Source: a virus. From it: a DNA stretch of 64,000 nt. Numbering within the stretch: position 1 is the first letter of the stretch; each line of letters begins with the position of its first letter. This document shows, in pieces, positions 1 to 8,399 of this stretch. Made by a program: the position numbers and the translations under genes. A model generated the notes under the pieces. It did no database searches. It saw only the letters and a list, made by a program, of their open reading frames with translations, and was not told where the DNA came from. Where the stretch lies: the IMG/VR virus record IMGVR_UViG_3300009285_001996; one strand, 5' to 3'.

Positions 1-104
1 ATTGAGCCAGGAATGGCGGATAAAATTCGCACATTAGTAGAGAGTATGTCTAAAGAAAAAGTCAAGAAATAGACGGAATTGCGTGCGGGTGGGCGCACGA
101 CACC

Positions 105-136
105 ACGGGCGGGGCTTAATCTTGCCCGTTTTTTTT
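105..136 (+). terminator. Rho-independent terminator
   Basis: ACGGGCGGG-gcttaat-CTTGCCCGT hairpin followed by a T run, after an ORF ending near 72. Confidence 0.75.
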
Positions 137-157
137 GTTAAAATTTACAAAGTCCAC

Positions 158-186
158 TTGACAGTTCTAAATCAATCGTCTATAAT
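158..186 (+). promoter_or_regulatory. sigma70-type promoter
   Basis: Perfect TTGACA (158-163), 17-bp spacer, TATAAT (181-186) upstream of ORF 230. Confidence 0.85.
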
Positions 187-229
187 AGGGGCGGAATATA
201 AGTTTTGACTAATTTGCAGGAGAATTATT

Positions 230-469
230 ATGTTAGTAAGTTATGTGCGTAATAAAAAGCGCGAGAAGATTGGGGTGGTGGTTGCAATTTATCGAGATCA
301 GGTTGGGTGGTCACTTTGTCGTACTAAATTAGATAGGTTTGATAAAGATTTAGGGCTGAGGATTGCATATGGGCGAGCAATAACGGGTAGTGCTACAAAG
401 CCGCCAACGACAGTAATGAAGACGTATAACGATATGATGGATAGGTCTAAAGCATATTACAAGTTTTAG
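230..469 (+). CDS. hypothetical phage protein
   Basis: ORF with AGGAG RBS downstream of the consensus promoter. Confidence 0.7.
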   Translation: MLVSYVRNKKREKIGVVVAIYRDQVGWSLCRTKLDRFDKDLGLRIAYGRAITGSATKPPTTVMKTYNDMMDRSKAYYKF

Positions 470-479
470 GAGTTTGACC

Positions 480-875
480 ATGAAAACCTATTATAAAATT
501 GTTAGTAAAGATTTGAAGTCTATTGTGTCTATTAATTTGGACACTCCAGATGAGTATGTCGTACAATATTGTGTCAATAGATTTGTTGAGCCAAAACTAA
601 AAGGCACAAGTCTATTTGTTTTTGACACATTAAAAAATGTAAAACGTTTTTTTAGCCCCCCTTGGGTACATGGAGAACGGTATATTATTTATGAGGCTGA
701 AGTAAAAAATCCGAAGCAAATAGGTTTATTTAGTTCCTATTGTAATTGGGTATATTTAGCAGAATTATTAGAACTTAAAAGAAGTAAAAAGAAGTGGTCA
801 CATAAAACCAGCGTTCCACCAACAGGAACGGTATTTTGTAGTTCAGTAAAGTTACTTAAAAAAGTGGATATATAA
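480..875 (+). CDS. hypothetical protein
   Basis: ORF with AGGAG RBS, tightly packed with neighbours. Confidence 0.65.
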   Translation: MKTYYKIVSKDLKSIVSINLDTPDEYVVQYCVNRFVEPKLKGTSLFVFDTLKNVKRFFSPPWVHGERYIIYEAEVKNPKQIGLFSSYCNWVYLAELLELKRSKKKWSHKTSVPPTGTVFCSSVKLLKKVDI

Positions 876-877
876 TT

Positions 878-1174
878 ATGAAGGGTAATCTAACTAATAC
901 TCTGAATGGTTTAGCGTTTATAATTGGTGTGGTGTTAATGATATTTAAAGTGGGAGGCATAGAAAGTATATCGTGGTGGCTTATCTCTGCTCTAATTTTT
1001 GGACCTTGGGTATTGGTATTTTTGAGTATAGTATTTTTGACGGGGGCGGCGGCGGTTGGGTCAGTTGTAGATGCGAACCCCGAATCCCATTTGGATAGGG
1101 GAGAGATCAAAATTACGGTTGGTGGCAAAGATGTAAGTTTAGAGGAATTGTTGGAAATGTTAAATAACAAGTAA
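878..1174 (+). CDS. hypothetical membrane protein
   Basis: Two hydrophobic segments at the N-terminus. Confidence 0.65.
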   Translation: MKGNLTNTLNGLAFIIGVVLMIFKVGGIESISWWLISALIFGPWVLVFLSIVFLTGAAAVGSVVDANPESHLDRGEIKITVGGKDVSLEELLEMLNNK

Positions 1175-1191
1175 ACGTTGGAGTTACTGCA

Positions 1192-1707
1192 ATGGAAGTT
1201 CTAGGATTTGTGTTGGCTATATTTTTGATTGTATTGTACATTCACAAAGTCGATCAATGCGACCGTCTAAAAGTAAAGTTAGATCGTAATGAGTTTAGTT
1301 ATTTTGTGGTTCGTTTAGTCGAGAGTTTTAGTAAACCGAAAATTATCGGTAATTTACAATGGAGGTTAGAAATGTTATCAGGTAAAATCAAGTTAACTTG
1401 GGTTAAGAGCGTTAGTGCTAATGTCGTTGGGCAACCATTGGTTGTTGGCGTAGATGGTGTAGAGGTAACTATGCCAGCCGAAGTGTTGGCTCCTGAAGTG
1501 GAGTCCTATGAGTTTTTCGCAAAGGAGGGCGCAGCCGTAGAAGTTTCTCTCTGTGCGGATAATGGCTCATTTAAATCAGACCCCGTAACGCTATCATTTG
1601 TAGTTCCCGTACTTGCCCCACCCCAACCCCAAACCAATCTGGTTTATGAGGTTGTGGAGGTTGTAGAGACACCAGACGATCCAGTTCCACCAGCGGAGCC
1701 AGTATAA
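1192..1707 (+). CDS. hypothetical protein (possible internal start at 1372)
   Basis: ORF with N-terminal TM segment; a second GGAGG RBS precedes ATG 1372. Confidence 0.55.
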   Translation: MEVLGFVLAIFLIVLYIHKVDQCDRLKVKLDRNEFSYFVVRLVESFSKPKIIGNLQWRLEMLSGKIKLTWVKSVSANVVGQPLVVGVDGVEVTMPAEVLAPEVESYEFFAKEGAAVEVSLCADNGSFKSDPVTLSFVVPVLAPPQPQTNLVYEVVEVVETPDDPVPPAEPV

Positions 1708-1708
1708 T

Positions 1709-1978
1709 ATGGAACCATTATCTAATGTAGTCTACGACTGTGGGTTATTTGTAGATGAACCAAAACCAAAAGGAATGGCTAAAATAGGAATGAAGATGAG
1801 GGGGGTGGCTAATCTGTCGGTGACTTCTAAATATGATGTTGAGTTGGGCGACGGATTATCGGTTAAACAAGTGGGTGATTCTATAGCTAACTCTCCTGCT
1901 GAACAGATTGCGCTCTTAGTAGAATATCTTAAAGTTAAAAAGGGGGTTGATATTGTTAATTTATTTGTTGTGTATTAG
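1709..1978 (+). CDS. hypothetical protein
   Basis: ORF abutting the previous gene. Confidence 0.55.
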   Translation: MEPLSNVVYDCGLFVDEPKPKGMAKIGMKMRGVANLSVTSKYDVELGDGLSVKQVGDSIANSPAEQIALLVEYLKVKKGVDIVNLFVVY

Positions 1979-1981
1979 AAA

Positions 1982-2062
1982 AGTAAAGTTGATGTAATGT
2001 ATAGTAATGTTACGTTTAGTCGAGTATTGTTTAGTGGAGTGAAGTATATCTGAAAAAGATGT
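1982..2062 (+). repeat. Array A: 5-nt periodic (A/T/C)GT-NN array with 3' hairpin; putative guide ncRNA (orphan copy)
   Basis: agtaa agttga tgtaa tgtat agtaa tgtta cgttt agtcg agtat tgttt agtgg agtga, then agtat-ATCT-gaaaa-AGAT-gt. Confidence 0.85.
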
Positions 2063-2087
2063 TTTGTTTTATGAAAGAAGGTGGTGT

Positions 2088-2402
2088 ATGGACGATATAA
2101 GGTATATAAGAATTGTCGGCGAGGGGGTTGACATTATCTCCAAGGTAGAGTATGATGACCATCAACAGGCGTGGCGGTTGACAAAACCGATGGGTATAAT
2201 AGTTACGGAACAGGGTGTTGGGTTTATGAAATATCCAATGTTTGGTTCTATGCTAATGGTTAGTGGTGGCGATTCAATTTTGATTAAAGATGAGCATATT
2301 TTGTGGATAGAGACTCCTACTACAGAGTTAGAAAATGCTTACAGGGTAAACGTCTTACATGGTATTAGCGTTCCTACTCAGGGATTAGTATTACCAAATT
2401 AA
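2088..2402 (+). CDS. Sm-like-fold phage hypothetical protein
   Basis: MDDIRYIRIVGEGVDIISKV...ILIKDEHILWIETPTTELENAY resembles the small Sm-like proteins common in large myoviruses (recognition only). Confidence 0.55.
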   Translation: MDDIRYIRIVGEGVDIISKVEYDDHQQAWRLTKPMGIIVTEQGVGFMKYPMFGSMLMVSGGDSILIKDEHILWIETPTTELENAYRVNVLHGISVPTQGLVLPN

Positions 2403-2404
2403 GG

Positions 2405-2986
2405 ATGTTGATTGTGTTTGATAAAATCCAAGATTTGTATTGGCAAATTGTGCCCTATGATTGGCGGCTTCGCCAGATCGTTTACCGCTTGCGGTGTTTT
2501 TTCTGGTGTCGGTATACCACAGTAAAACCCAGAACTCTTCCTTACCACACATGGACGGATCGAGATAATTTGCTTGCGCACTGTTCATTTGAGATATTAT
2601 CACGCTTTATTGAAAACGAGTGTTCTCCCGGTAATGTAGATTGGTACTCGGATGATTGTCCGCATAAGATAGTGGTAAACGGAGTTGAGAAATGGGTTAG
2701 GGACGAAATGCAGGAGATTTATGAATGGTGGCATAACAAATATATTAAGGGTCAAAATGACGAAAATGAACGATTGCATAAGGAAATAGAGAAAGTAGAA
2801 CCTATTACATATACTGGTGAAAAAGATGGTCAGTGGTATTGGGAGCCTCAATTTAAGTGTGAGGAAGACGCGGTGGAGTGGAAAGGGTATATGCGGGCAT
2901 TAAGTGATTTAGAGCGTAATATTGAGAGCGAGCTACAGTTAATGCTTCACAGACTCGTTGATATACGACAATATATGTGGACCTAA
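2405..2986 (+). CDS. hypothetical phage protein
   Basis: 193-aa Trp-rich ORF ending LVDIRQYMWT. Confidence 0.7.
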   Translation: MLIVFDKIQDLYWQIVPYDWRLRQIVYRLRCFFWCRYTTVKPRTLPYHTWTDRDNLLAHCSFEILSRFIENECSPGNVDWYSDDCPHKIVVNGVEKWVRDEMQEIYEWWHNKYIKGQNDENERLHKEIEKVEPITYTGEKDGQWYWEPQFKCEEDAVEWKGYMRALSDLERNIESELQLMLHRLVDIRQYMWT

Positions 2987-3022
2987 CCAATTGCCGCTTT
3001 AGATGACTCAACAAGGAATATA

Positions 3023-4153
3023 GTGGGAAGTATCTCAGTGAAAATTTCGTCAGATATAAAATTCGATTTCGACGATGTTCTTATCAGACCGCAACGATCT
3101 ACTTTGATTAGTAGGGCAGACGTTATTTTGGAGAGAGAATTCCAATTCTATCATAGCCCAAGAATTTGGCAGGGAATTCCAATTGTGTGTTCTAACATGG
3201 CGGCTATAGCTGGATTTGAGATGGCTACCGCTCTCGCAAAACACAAGATGGTAACATGCCTTCATAAGTACATTTCCACAGACGACCTTATCAATTTTTT
3301 TGTGGAACATAAAGATTTAGTGGATTATGTGTGGGTAAGTGTTGGCTATGGCGATGATGAAATAGACAAGTTAATAAGGATCACAAAGGAGGTTGGGTTT
3401 CAACCAAACGTTTGTATAGACATCGCTAATGGACACCTAGAATGCTTTGTCCAATATTGTGCTGATATAAGAAATGATTTTCCAGATTCTATTATTATGG
3501 CAGGAAATGTTTGTATACCAGAATCAACACAAGAGTTAATTTTACATGGGTATGTAGATTTGATTAAGATCGGAACTGGCGGAGGAAGCGCCTGCCTGTC
3601 TAGGATGGTTACTGGAGTGGGATGCCCCCAATTATCAGCATTGGATATTTGTGCAAGCGCTGCCCACGGATTAAAGTCGGCAGAGAAAAGGTTGGGGTTA
3701 GTATGTTCAGATGGTGGGTGTAAAACAGCGGGCGATGTATGCAAGGGATTTGTTGCTGGCGCAGATTTTTTGATGCTGGGAGGAATGCTAGCGGGCACAA
3801 AGGAGTGTTGTGGAGAATGGACTACAGAGTATAAGGATGTGTGGGGTTGTTGGAACGAAGAAACGCATACTGATGAAGAATTAAAAAAGTGGAGAAATAT
3901 AAAGAGTCGTAAAAAGTCATTAAAAGTATATGGTATGTCATCCCATCTTGCGCAGGAAAAGCATGGAGTAGGTAAGAAAGACTATCGAGCATCAGAGGGC
4001 GTGGTTATAGAAGTACCCTACAAGGGGAGCGTTGACGATGTAGTACAGGAAATATTAGGCGGGATTCGGTCATGCGCGACGTACATCGGGGCGTGCTCTC
4101 TGAAAGATTTTTCTAAGTGTGGAGAATTTATTCGGGTTTGTAGACAAAAATAA
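3023..4153 (+). CDS. guaC: GMP reductase (IMPDH/GMPR family)
   Basis: FDFDDVLIRPQRS, CIDIANGH, KIGTGGGSACLSR (catalytic Cys), DGGC, YGMSS, YRASEG motifs; no CBS domains. Confidence 0.88.
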   Translation: MGSISVKISSDIKFDFDDVLIRPQRSTLISRADVILEREFQFYHSPRIWQGIPIVCSNMAAIAGFEMATALAKHKMVTCLHKYISTDDLINFFVEHKDLVDYVWVSVGYGDDEIDKLIRITKEVGFQPNVCIDIANGHLECFVQYCADIRNDFPDSIIMAGNVCIPESTQELILHGYVDLIKIGTGGGSACLSRMVTGVGCPQLSALDICASAAHGLKSAEKRLGLVCSDGGCKTAGDVCKGFVAGADFLMLGGMLAGTKECCGEWTTEYKDVWGCWNEETHTDEELKKWRNIKSRKKSLKVYGMSSHLAQEKHGVGKKDYRASEGVVIEVPYKGSVDDVVQEILGGIRSCATYIGACSLKDFSKCGEFIRVCRQK

Positions 4154-4165
4154 GGGAGTATTTTA

Positions 4166-4930
4166 ATGTGCAAAATTCTAAAATCACTCATTTGCTTAAC
4201 TTTAATATTATATAGTTCTATTTTATTTGCACAAAATCAAGTTATCAAAAATATACGGAATTTAACTGTAGGAATTACTGTTGAAACGCCAATGGGGGGA
4301 GCAAATGGTTCTGGTATCCTGTTTTCCTGTAACAATCAAACTTATGTATTAACTGCGGGACACGTAGTTTCTGTTGCTAGAATTATTGGGTTTAAGCGAA
4401 CTAAAACAGAAAGCCAACAATTAGTAGCCTATGCGCCCATTTTTATAGAGCAAATAGTTGATAGCGGTAAAACTAAAAAACTAAGAAAATTTCCAGCAAC
4501 TATAGTGCGTAATGGACTAATACACGATAATCTTGATGTAGCCGTTTTAATGCTTATAGACGTAGATCAAGAAAACAATCTTAGTTTTGATTTCAATGAA
4601 CCAGACATAGGGACAAACACTTTGGGATGTGGGCAGTTGTTAGATAGTGAGTTATTAACTACGGATGGTATTGTTAGTGAAATATATACGACAACTGATT
4701 ATGGTTTTCATCATCAGGCTACAAATAATGTTCAAGGTGGGTTTTCTGGTGGTGGAATCTTTAATGCCGATAACGGTAAATGTATAGGTATAATTACTCA
4801 AAAAACACTTGTAGGATGTGCTTTTGTACCATCTGGTGAAATTCTTAAATGGCTACAAGATAATGAAATAAATTGGTTAGTTGATAATTCTGAACCGTTG
4901 GACAATGTTTTAACATTAGAATTGGATTAG
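4166..4930 (+). CDS. secreted trypsin-like serine protease
   Basis: Signal peptide; LTAGHV (His), LDVAVL (Asp), GFSGGG (Ser). Confidence 0.8.
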   Translation: MCKILKSLICLTLILYSSILFAQNQVIKNIRNLTVGITVETPMGGANGSGILFSCNNQTYVLTAGHVVSVARIIGFKRTKTESQQLVAYAPIFIEQIVDSGKTKKLRKFPATIVRNGLIHDNLDVAVLMLIDVDQENNLSFDFNEPDIGTNTLGCGQLLDSELLTTDGIVSEIYTTTDYGFHHQATNNVQGGFSGGGIFNADNGKCIGIITQKTLVGCAFVPSGEILKWLQDNEINWLVDNSEPLDNVLTLELD

Positions 4931-4940
4931 GGAGATTTTT

Positions 4941-5441
4941 ATGCGGAAACATGAAGTATTCTTAAAGTGGTGGCTTTTAGTTGTGTTGATGAGTGTCGGA
5001 TTTTATTTTGTTTATGCTTATGGTTTGTTTAATGAATTATGGAATAAAGATTTTACCAAAATTACGCTTATTATACTTGGGGGATTTTTATTAACATCGT
5101 TACAGTGTGGCATTAAAACATTTCGTTTAAGTAGTTCTATAAATAAAAAACAATGGGAAAATGTTGCAGAAATAGAGAAGGAATTATCTATTGGTTATTT
5201 CGCTTGTGCCATATTTGTTTCACTAGGTTTATTAGGTACGTTAATTGGTATGGTATACTCCTTACAAGGTTTCGCCACAATTGATGTTAGTAATTTAACC
5301 ACTATTCAAGGTTTAATTCCCAAATTAACTATGGGTGTATCAACAGCGCTCTATACCACTATTGTTGGTGTTATTTGTTCTATTTTGCTAAAACTACAAT
5401 ATTTCAATTTGGAATATATTATTAGGAAATATCATGGATAA
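4941..5441 (+). CDS. MotA/TolQ/ExbB-family membrane protein
   Basis: Four TM segments; LGLLGTLIGM and GVSTALYTTIVG motifs. Confidence 0.8.
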   Translation: MRKHEVFLKWWLLVVLMSVGFYFVYAYGLFNELWNKDFTKITLIILGGFLLTSLQCGIKTFRLSSSINKKQWENVAEIEKELSIGYFACAIFVSLGLLGTLIGMVYSLQGFATIDVSNLTTIQGLIPKLTMGVSTALYTTIVGVICSILLKLQYFNLEYIIRKYHG

Positions 5442-6045
5442 TGAAAAATATAGTGATGGACTTGTATTTTTCGACCTACTATTTAATCTTTTATGTTGTT
5501 TTATTATACTGTTTTCCCTTGCCTATATATTAGTTAATGAACAAAATAAAAGTGATCGCGCCGTAGAAAATACAGCGGAGTTTCTAATTACCTTCATCTG
5601 GGCTAACGAAATTGGAGACGATGTAGATGCCTATGTTGAAGACCCTCTTGGTAATTTAGTGTTTTTCAGGCGTAGAGAAGAAGGGTTAATGCACCTAGAC
5701 AGGGATGATTTGGGTAAAAGGAACGATGTAGTTAGATTGGCTGACGGTACAACGGTAAAGTCTGATGAAAATAAAGAAATAGTCACCATTCGAGGTATTA
5801 TACCGGGGGAATATGTGGTCAACACCCACATGTATTATAAAACGGAAGATAGCGAACAAACCGAAGTTACAATTAAGTTAGAAAAGATAAACCCTAAATT
5901 AAGACTTATTACTCAAAAAACAGTAATACTTAGTGATAATGGTGATGAAAAAACCGCTTTTAGATTTAATATTGATAAAGAAGGCGATGTAACTGGAGTT
6001 AATGAGTTGAAAAAGGATTTGGCTAATTTAACACATCAGGAGTAA
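5434..6045 (+). CDS. single-TM partner of the MotA/TolQ-like protein
   Basis: N-terminal TM with an Asp (FFDLLFNLL) as in MotB/ExbD/TolR; soluble domain DDVDAYVEDP...LDRDDLG; overlaps the upstream gene. Confidence 0.6.
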   Translation: MDNEKYSDGLVFFDLLFNLLCCFIILFSLAYILVNEQNKSDRAVENTAEFLITFIWANEIGDDVDAYVEDPLGNLVFFRRREEGLMHLDRDDLGKRNDVVRLADGTTVKSDENKEIVTIRGIIPGEYVVNTHMYYKTEDSEQTEVTIKLEKINPKLRLITQKTVILSDNGDEKTAFRFNIDKEGDVTGVNELKKDLANLTHQE

Positions 6046-6048
6046 ACC

Positions 6049-6657
6049 GTGGAAACTCTATGGATTCCCCTTGCGTACATTTTATCGTTGACAATCGCTC
6101 TGTGGTTTATTATTGGGTGTCGTGGATTCTGGCTATTAAAAACCGCTATTATTGGTGTGGTAGCATATATAGGAATTTGTATTTGGATTACATTACCAAC
6201 ATTTGAGGGATGGTCAACTAAATCGCCATTACCAGTTAAATTTGAGATTAAATGGGCTGATGTTAAGGAGCCAAACAAAAAAACTGGTGATAATGGCGTT
6301 ATATTTGTTTGGATACAATCTTTGTGTGTTGCAGAAACTAAAACTTTTACTATTGATTCATTGAAACCGTTTTTTGTGGTATTACACCAAAGAGATCAAA
6401 TAAAAGAGCCTCGTTTACATCAGTTGCCTTATTCCAGGTCGGGGCATCAACAAGCGAATGAAATCCAAAACATTATTAAGGATGGTGGAAAGTTTTTTGG
6501 TACGACCAATAAGGGCGGAACGGGGAAAGAAGGACAAAACGGTAATGGAGATGGGAGTAATAGTGGTGATGGTGGTAGTTTAAGCCAAGAGCAAGTCCCT
6601 ATGTTTTATCAATTACCCCCCCCACATTTTCCTGCTAAAGATGAGCACTCAATCTGA
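6049..6657 (+). CDS. membrane protein, third gene of the MotA/TolQ-like module
   Basis: Two N-terminal TM segments, Gly-rich C-terminal tail, AGGAG RBS. Confidence 0.6.
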   Translation: METLWIPLAYILSLTIALWFIIGCRGFWLLKTAIIGVVAYIGICIWITLPTFEGWSTKSPLPVKFEIKWADVKEPNKKTGDNGVIFVWIQSLCVAETKTFTIDSLKPFFVVLHQRDQIKEPRLHQLPYSRSGHQQANEIQNIIKDGGKFFGTTNKGGTGKEGQNGNGDGSNSGDGGSLSQEQVPMFYQLPPPHFPAKDEHSI

Positions 6658-7303
6658 CTTTATATTAGATAAATTTAATGGTCAAACTGGTTATTTTGTG
6701 GATGTTGGTGCAAGCGACGGCTTTAACGATTCCAATACTCTAGACTTAGAGAAAAACGGTTGGAGCGGTATTTGTATTGACGGACTAGAGCGTAATTACC
6801 AATCACTGTTGCAAACTCGCTCGTGTTATTGTGTAAACGCTGTTATTGCAGGAGAGAATAGGAAAGCCGAATTTGTCTGTCAGGGGAAATCTGGTAGTAA
6901 TGGATTGGGTGGTAGTGGTCTAACCGAATTTATGGACAAACCACACCTAGATTTTATCATTCATCATTTAGGCGGTCGTCTTACAACGGTAAAAACTAGA
7001 ACACTGGAATCCGTCCTTCGGGAATACTTCGCCCCTCTCACTATAGATTTTCTGGATGTGGATGTGGAAGGTGCCGCCTGGGAGATTCTGAGAAATTTTC
7101 CGTTTACCAAGTGGCGGTTTTCGTATATTAATGTTGAGGTATCAGCAGAATTGACACCACCACTAACTTCCCTGCTAAATAGATATGGGTATGTAGAATG
7201 TGGTCGTTTTGGTCAGGACGTAATGTTTAAGTATAATAAGGTTAGCACAACCAAAAAAAGGATAAAGTGGAATATGTTCTTTGGTAAGTATATAATAAAA
7301 TAA
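6641..7303 (+). CDS. FkbM-family SAM methyltransferase
   Basis: YFVDVGASDG...SNT, GWSGICID, IDFLDVDVEGA motifs. Confidence 0.85.
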   Translation: MSTQSDFILDKFNGQTGYFVDVGASDGFNDSNTLDLEKNGWSGICIDGLERNYQSLLQTRSCYCVNAVIAGENRKAEFVCQGKSGSNGLGGSGLTEFMDKPHLDFIIHHLGGRLTTVKTRTLESVLREYFAPLTIDFLDVDVEGAAWEILRNFPFTKWRFSYINVEVSAELTPPLTSLLNRYGYVECGRFGQDVMFKYNKVSTTKKRIKWNMFFGKYIIK

Positions 7304-7315
7304 ACCTTATAATTT

Positions 7316-7390
7316 AGTTACGTCAAGTGATGTATAGCGATGTGGCGTGGAGTATTGTATAGTGAAGTTAAGAATAACCGAAAAGGTTGT
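7316..7390 (+). repeat. Array B: 5-nt periodic array with 3' hairpin; putative guide ncRNA
   Basis: agtta cgtca agtga tgtat agcga tgtgg cgtgg agtat tgtat agtga agtta, then agaat-AACC-gaaaa-GGTT-gt. Confidence 0.9.
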
Positions 7391-7392
7391 AT

Positions 7393-7569
7393 ATGATAAA
7401 TGATTTTGTTATCCTATTTCAAGATTTAGAATCAAATATTATTGAATATGAGTGTAGTGTGTGTGGTGAAGTATTTATTGCAGATTACGCATTAGGAATA
7501 AATTTGGATATAAGTTCTGGCGATAGAGCAAGATGTCCCAATTGTGATAGTGTAGATAATTCATTTTAG
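7393..7569 (+). CDS. small Zn-ribbon protein
   Basis: CSVC...CPNC; fills the gap between arrays B and C. Confidence 0.65.
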   Translation: MINDFVILFQDLESNIIEYECSVCGEVFIADYALGINLDISSGDRARCPNCDSVDNSF

Positions 7570-7627
7570 TGATGTAGAGCGATGTGATGCAGAGTGCTGT
7601 TGTGTTGAGAACATCTGAAAAAGATGT
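7568..7627 (+). repeat. Array C: 5-nt periodic array with 3' hairpin; putative guide ncRNA
   Basis: agtga tgtag agcga tgtga tgcag agtgc tgttg tgttg, then agaac-ATCT-gaaaa-AGAT-gt. Confidence 0.85.
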
Positions 7628-7674
7628 ATTGTTTTTTATGTAATGCTTTTAATTTTAATTTAAGGAGTTGTATT

Positions 7675-8205
7675 ATGAAGAAAATTGTGAGTGTAACTAT
7701 TAAGGGAGTTGCTCCACTTTTACTAAATCGCCCATTAACGGACGAGGAAAGTGGTGGTGGTAGCAAAAAGAAAACCGAAATCTTAGCACCAGAACAGAAA
7801 GCTAACTCCGTCAATTATTTTGATGAGGAAGTTGGTTGTTATGTCCCCAATTCAATGATTAAGGCATCACTGCGAGACGCTAGTAAGAATTTTAAGCGTG
7901 GTCGTGGTAATTATGCCAAGACCCTAAAGGCTAAGTTATTCGTGACTCCAGAAAAGATTCCTCTAAACAAACAAACTTTTGATCTAATCGACCGTCGAGC
8001 GGCTAAGCTACCAACTAACGGAGCAATGATTACAGCTTCTCGCCCAAGATATGAAAATTGGGAGTTGAGTTTTAAGGTTGAATATGATGATACAACTATT
8101 GATGACAAAACTTTGAGGGAAATTTTTGATGAGGCTGGTAGTTCAACATGTATCGGGAGTTATAGACCGGAGTTTGGAAGGTTTGAAGTTGTTAAGTTTG
8201 AGTAA
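7675..8205 (+). CDS. stand-alone Cas7/RAMP-like RNA-binding protein
   Basis: N-terminal VTIKGVAPLLL strand, YVPNSMIKASLRDA helix motif, RPRYENWELSFKV, C-terminal Gly-rich loop IGSYRPEFGRFEV typical of RAMP/Cas7-group folds; AAGGAG RBS before ATG 7675. Confidence 0.75.
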   Translation: MKKIVSVTIKGVAPLLLNRPLTDEESGGGSKKKTEILAPEQKANSVNYFDEEVGCYVPNSMIKASLRDASKNFKRGRGNYAKTLKAKLFVTPEKIPLNKQTFDLIDRRAAKLPTNGAMITASRPRYENWELSFKVEYDDTTIDDKTLREIFDEAGSSTCIGSYRPEFGRFEVVKFE

Positions 8206-8224
8206 TATATTAATTTTACCATAA

Positions 8225-8290
8225 TGTCAAGTTAAGTTAAGTGCGGTGTAGTACAGTCTCAGTATAGTCTAGTATACCACAATATGGTGT
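8225..8290 (+). repeat. Array D: 5-nt periodic array with 3' hairpin; putative guide ncRNA
   Basis: tgtca agtta agtta agtgc ggtgt agtac agtctc agtat agtct, then agtat-ACCA-caata-TGGT-gt. Confidence 0.85.
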
Positions 8291-8327
8291 ATGTTTTTAA
8301 CAATATAAAATATTAAATAACAATAAA

Positions 8328-8397
8328 TGTACATCGAAGTCAAGTACAGTATAGTCAATTAAAGTGAAGTTTAGTCTAGAATAACCGAAAGGGTTGT
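8328..8397 (+). repeat. Array E: 5-nt periodic array with 3' hairpin; putative guide ncRNA
   Basis: tgtac atcga agtca agtac agtat agtca attaa agtga agttt agtct, then agaat-AACC-gaaag-GGTT-gt. Confidence 0.85.
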
Positions 8398-8399
8398 AT

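Noticed and set aside
7624-7674. ORF-track N-terminal extension of the Cas7-like protein (MYCFLCNAF...)
   Set aside because: That ATG lies in the array C hairpin; the AAGGAG RBS supports ATG 7675.
7906-7932. Array D matching the Cas7-like gene (GNYAKTLKA), and a similar hit at NYYAV in ORF 33222
   Set aside because: Only 4 of 9 dinucleotides match, which is expected by chance.
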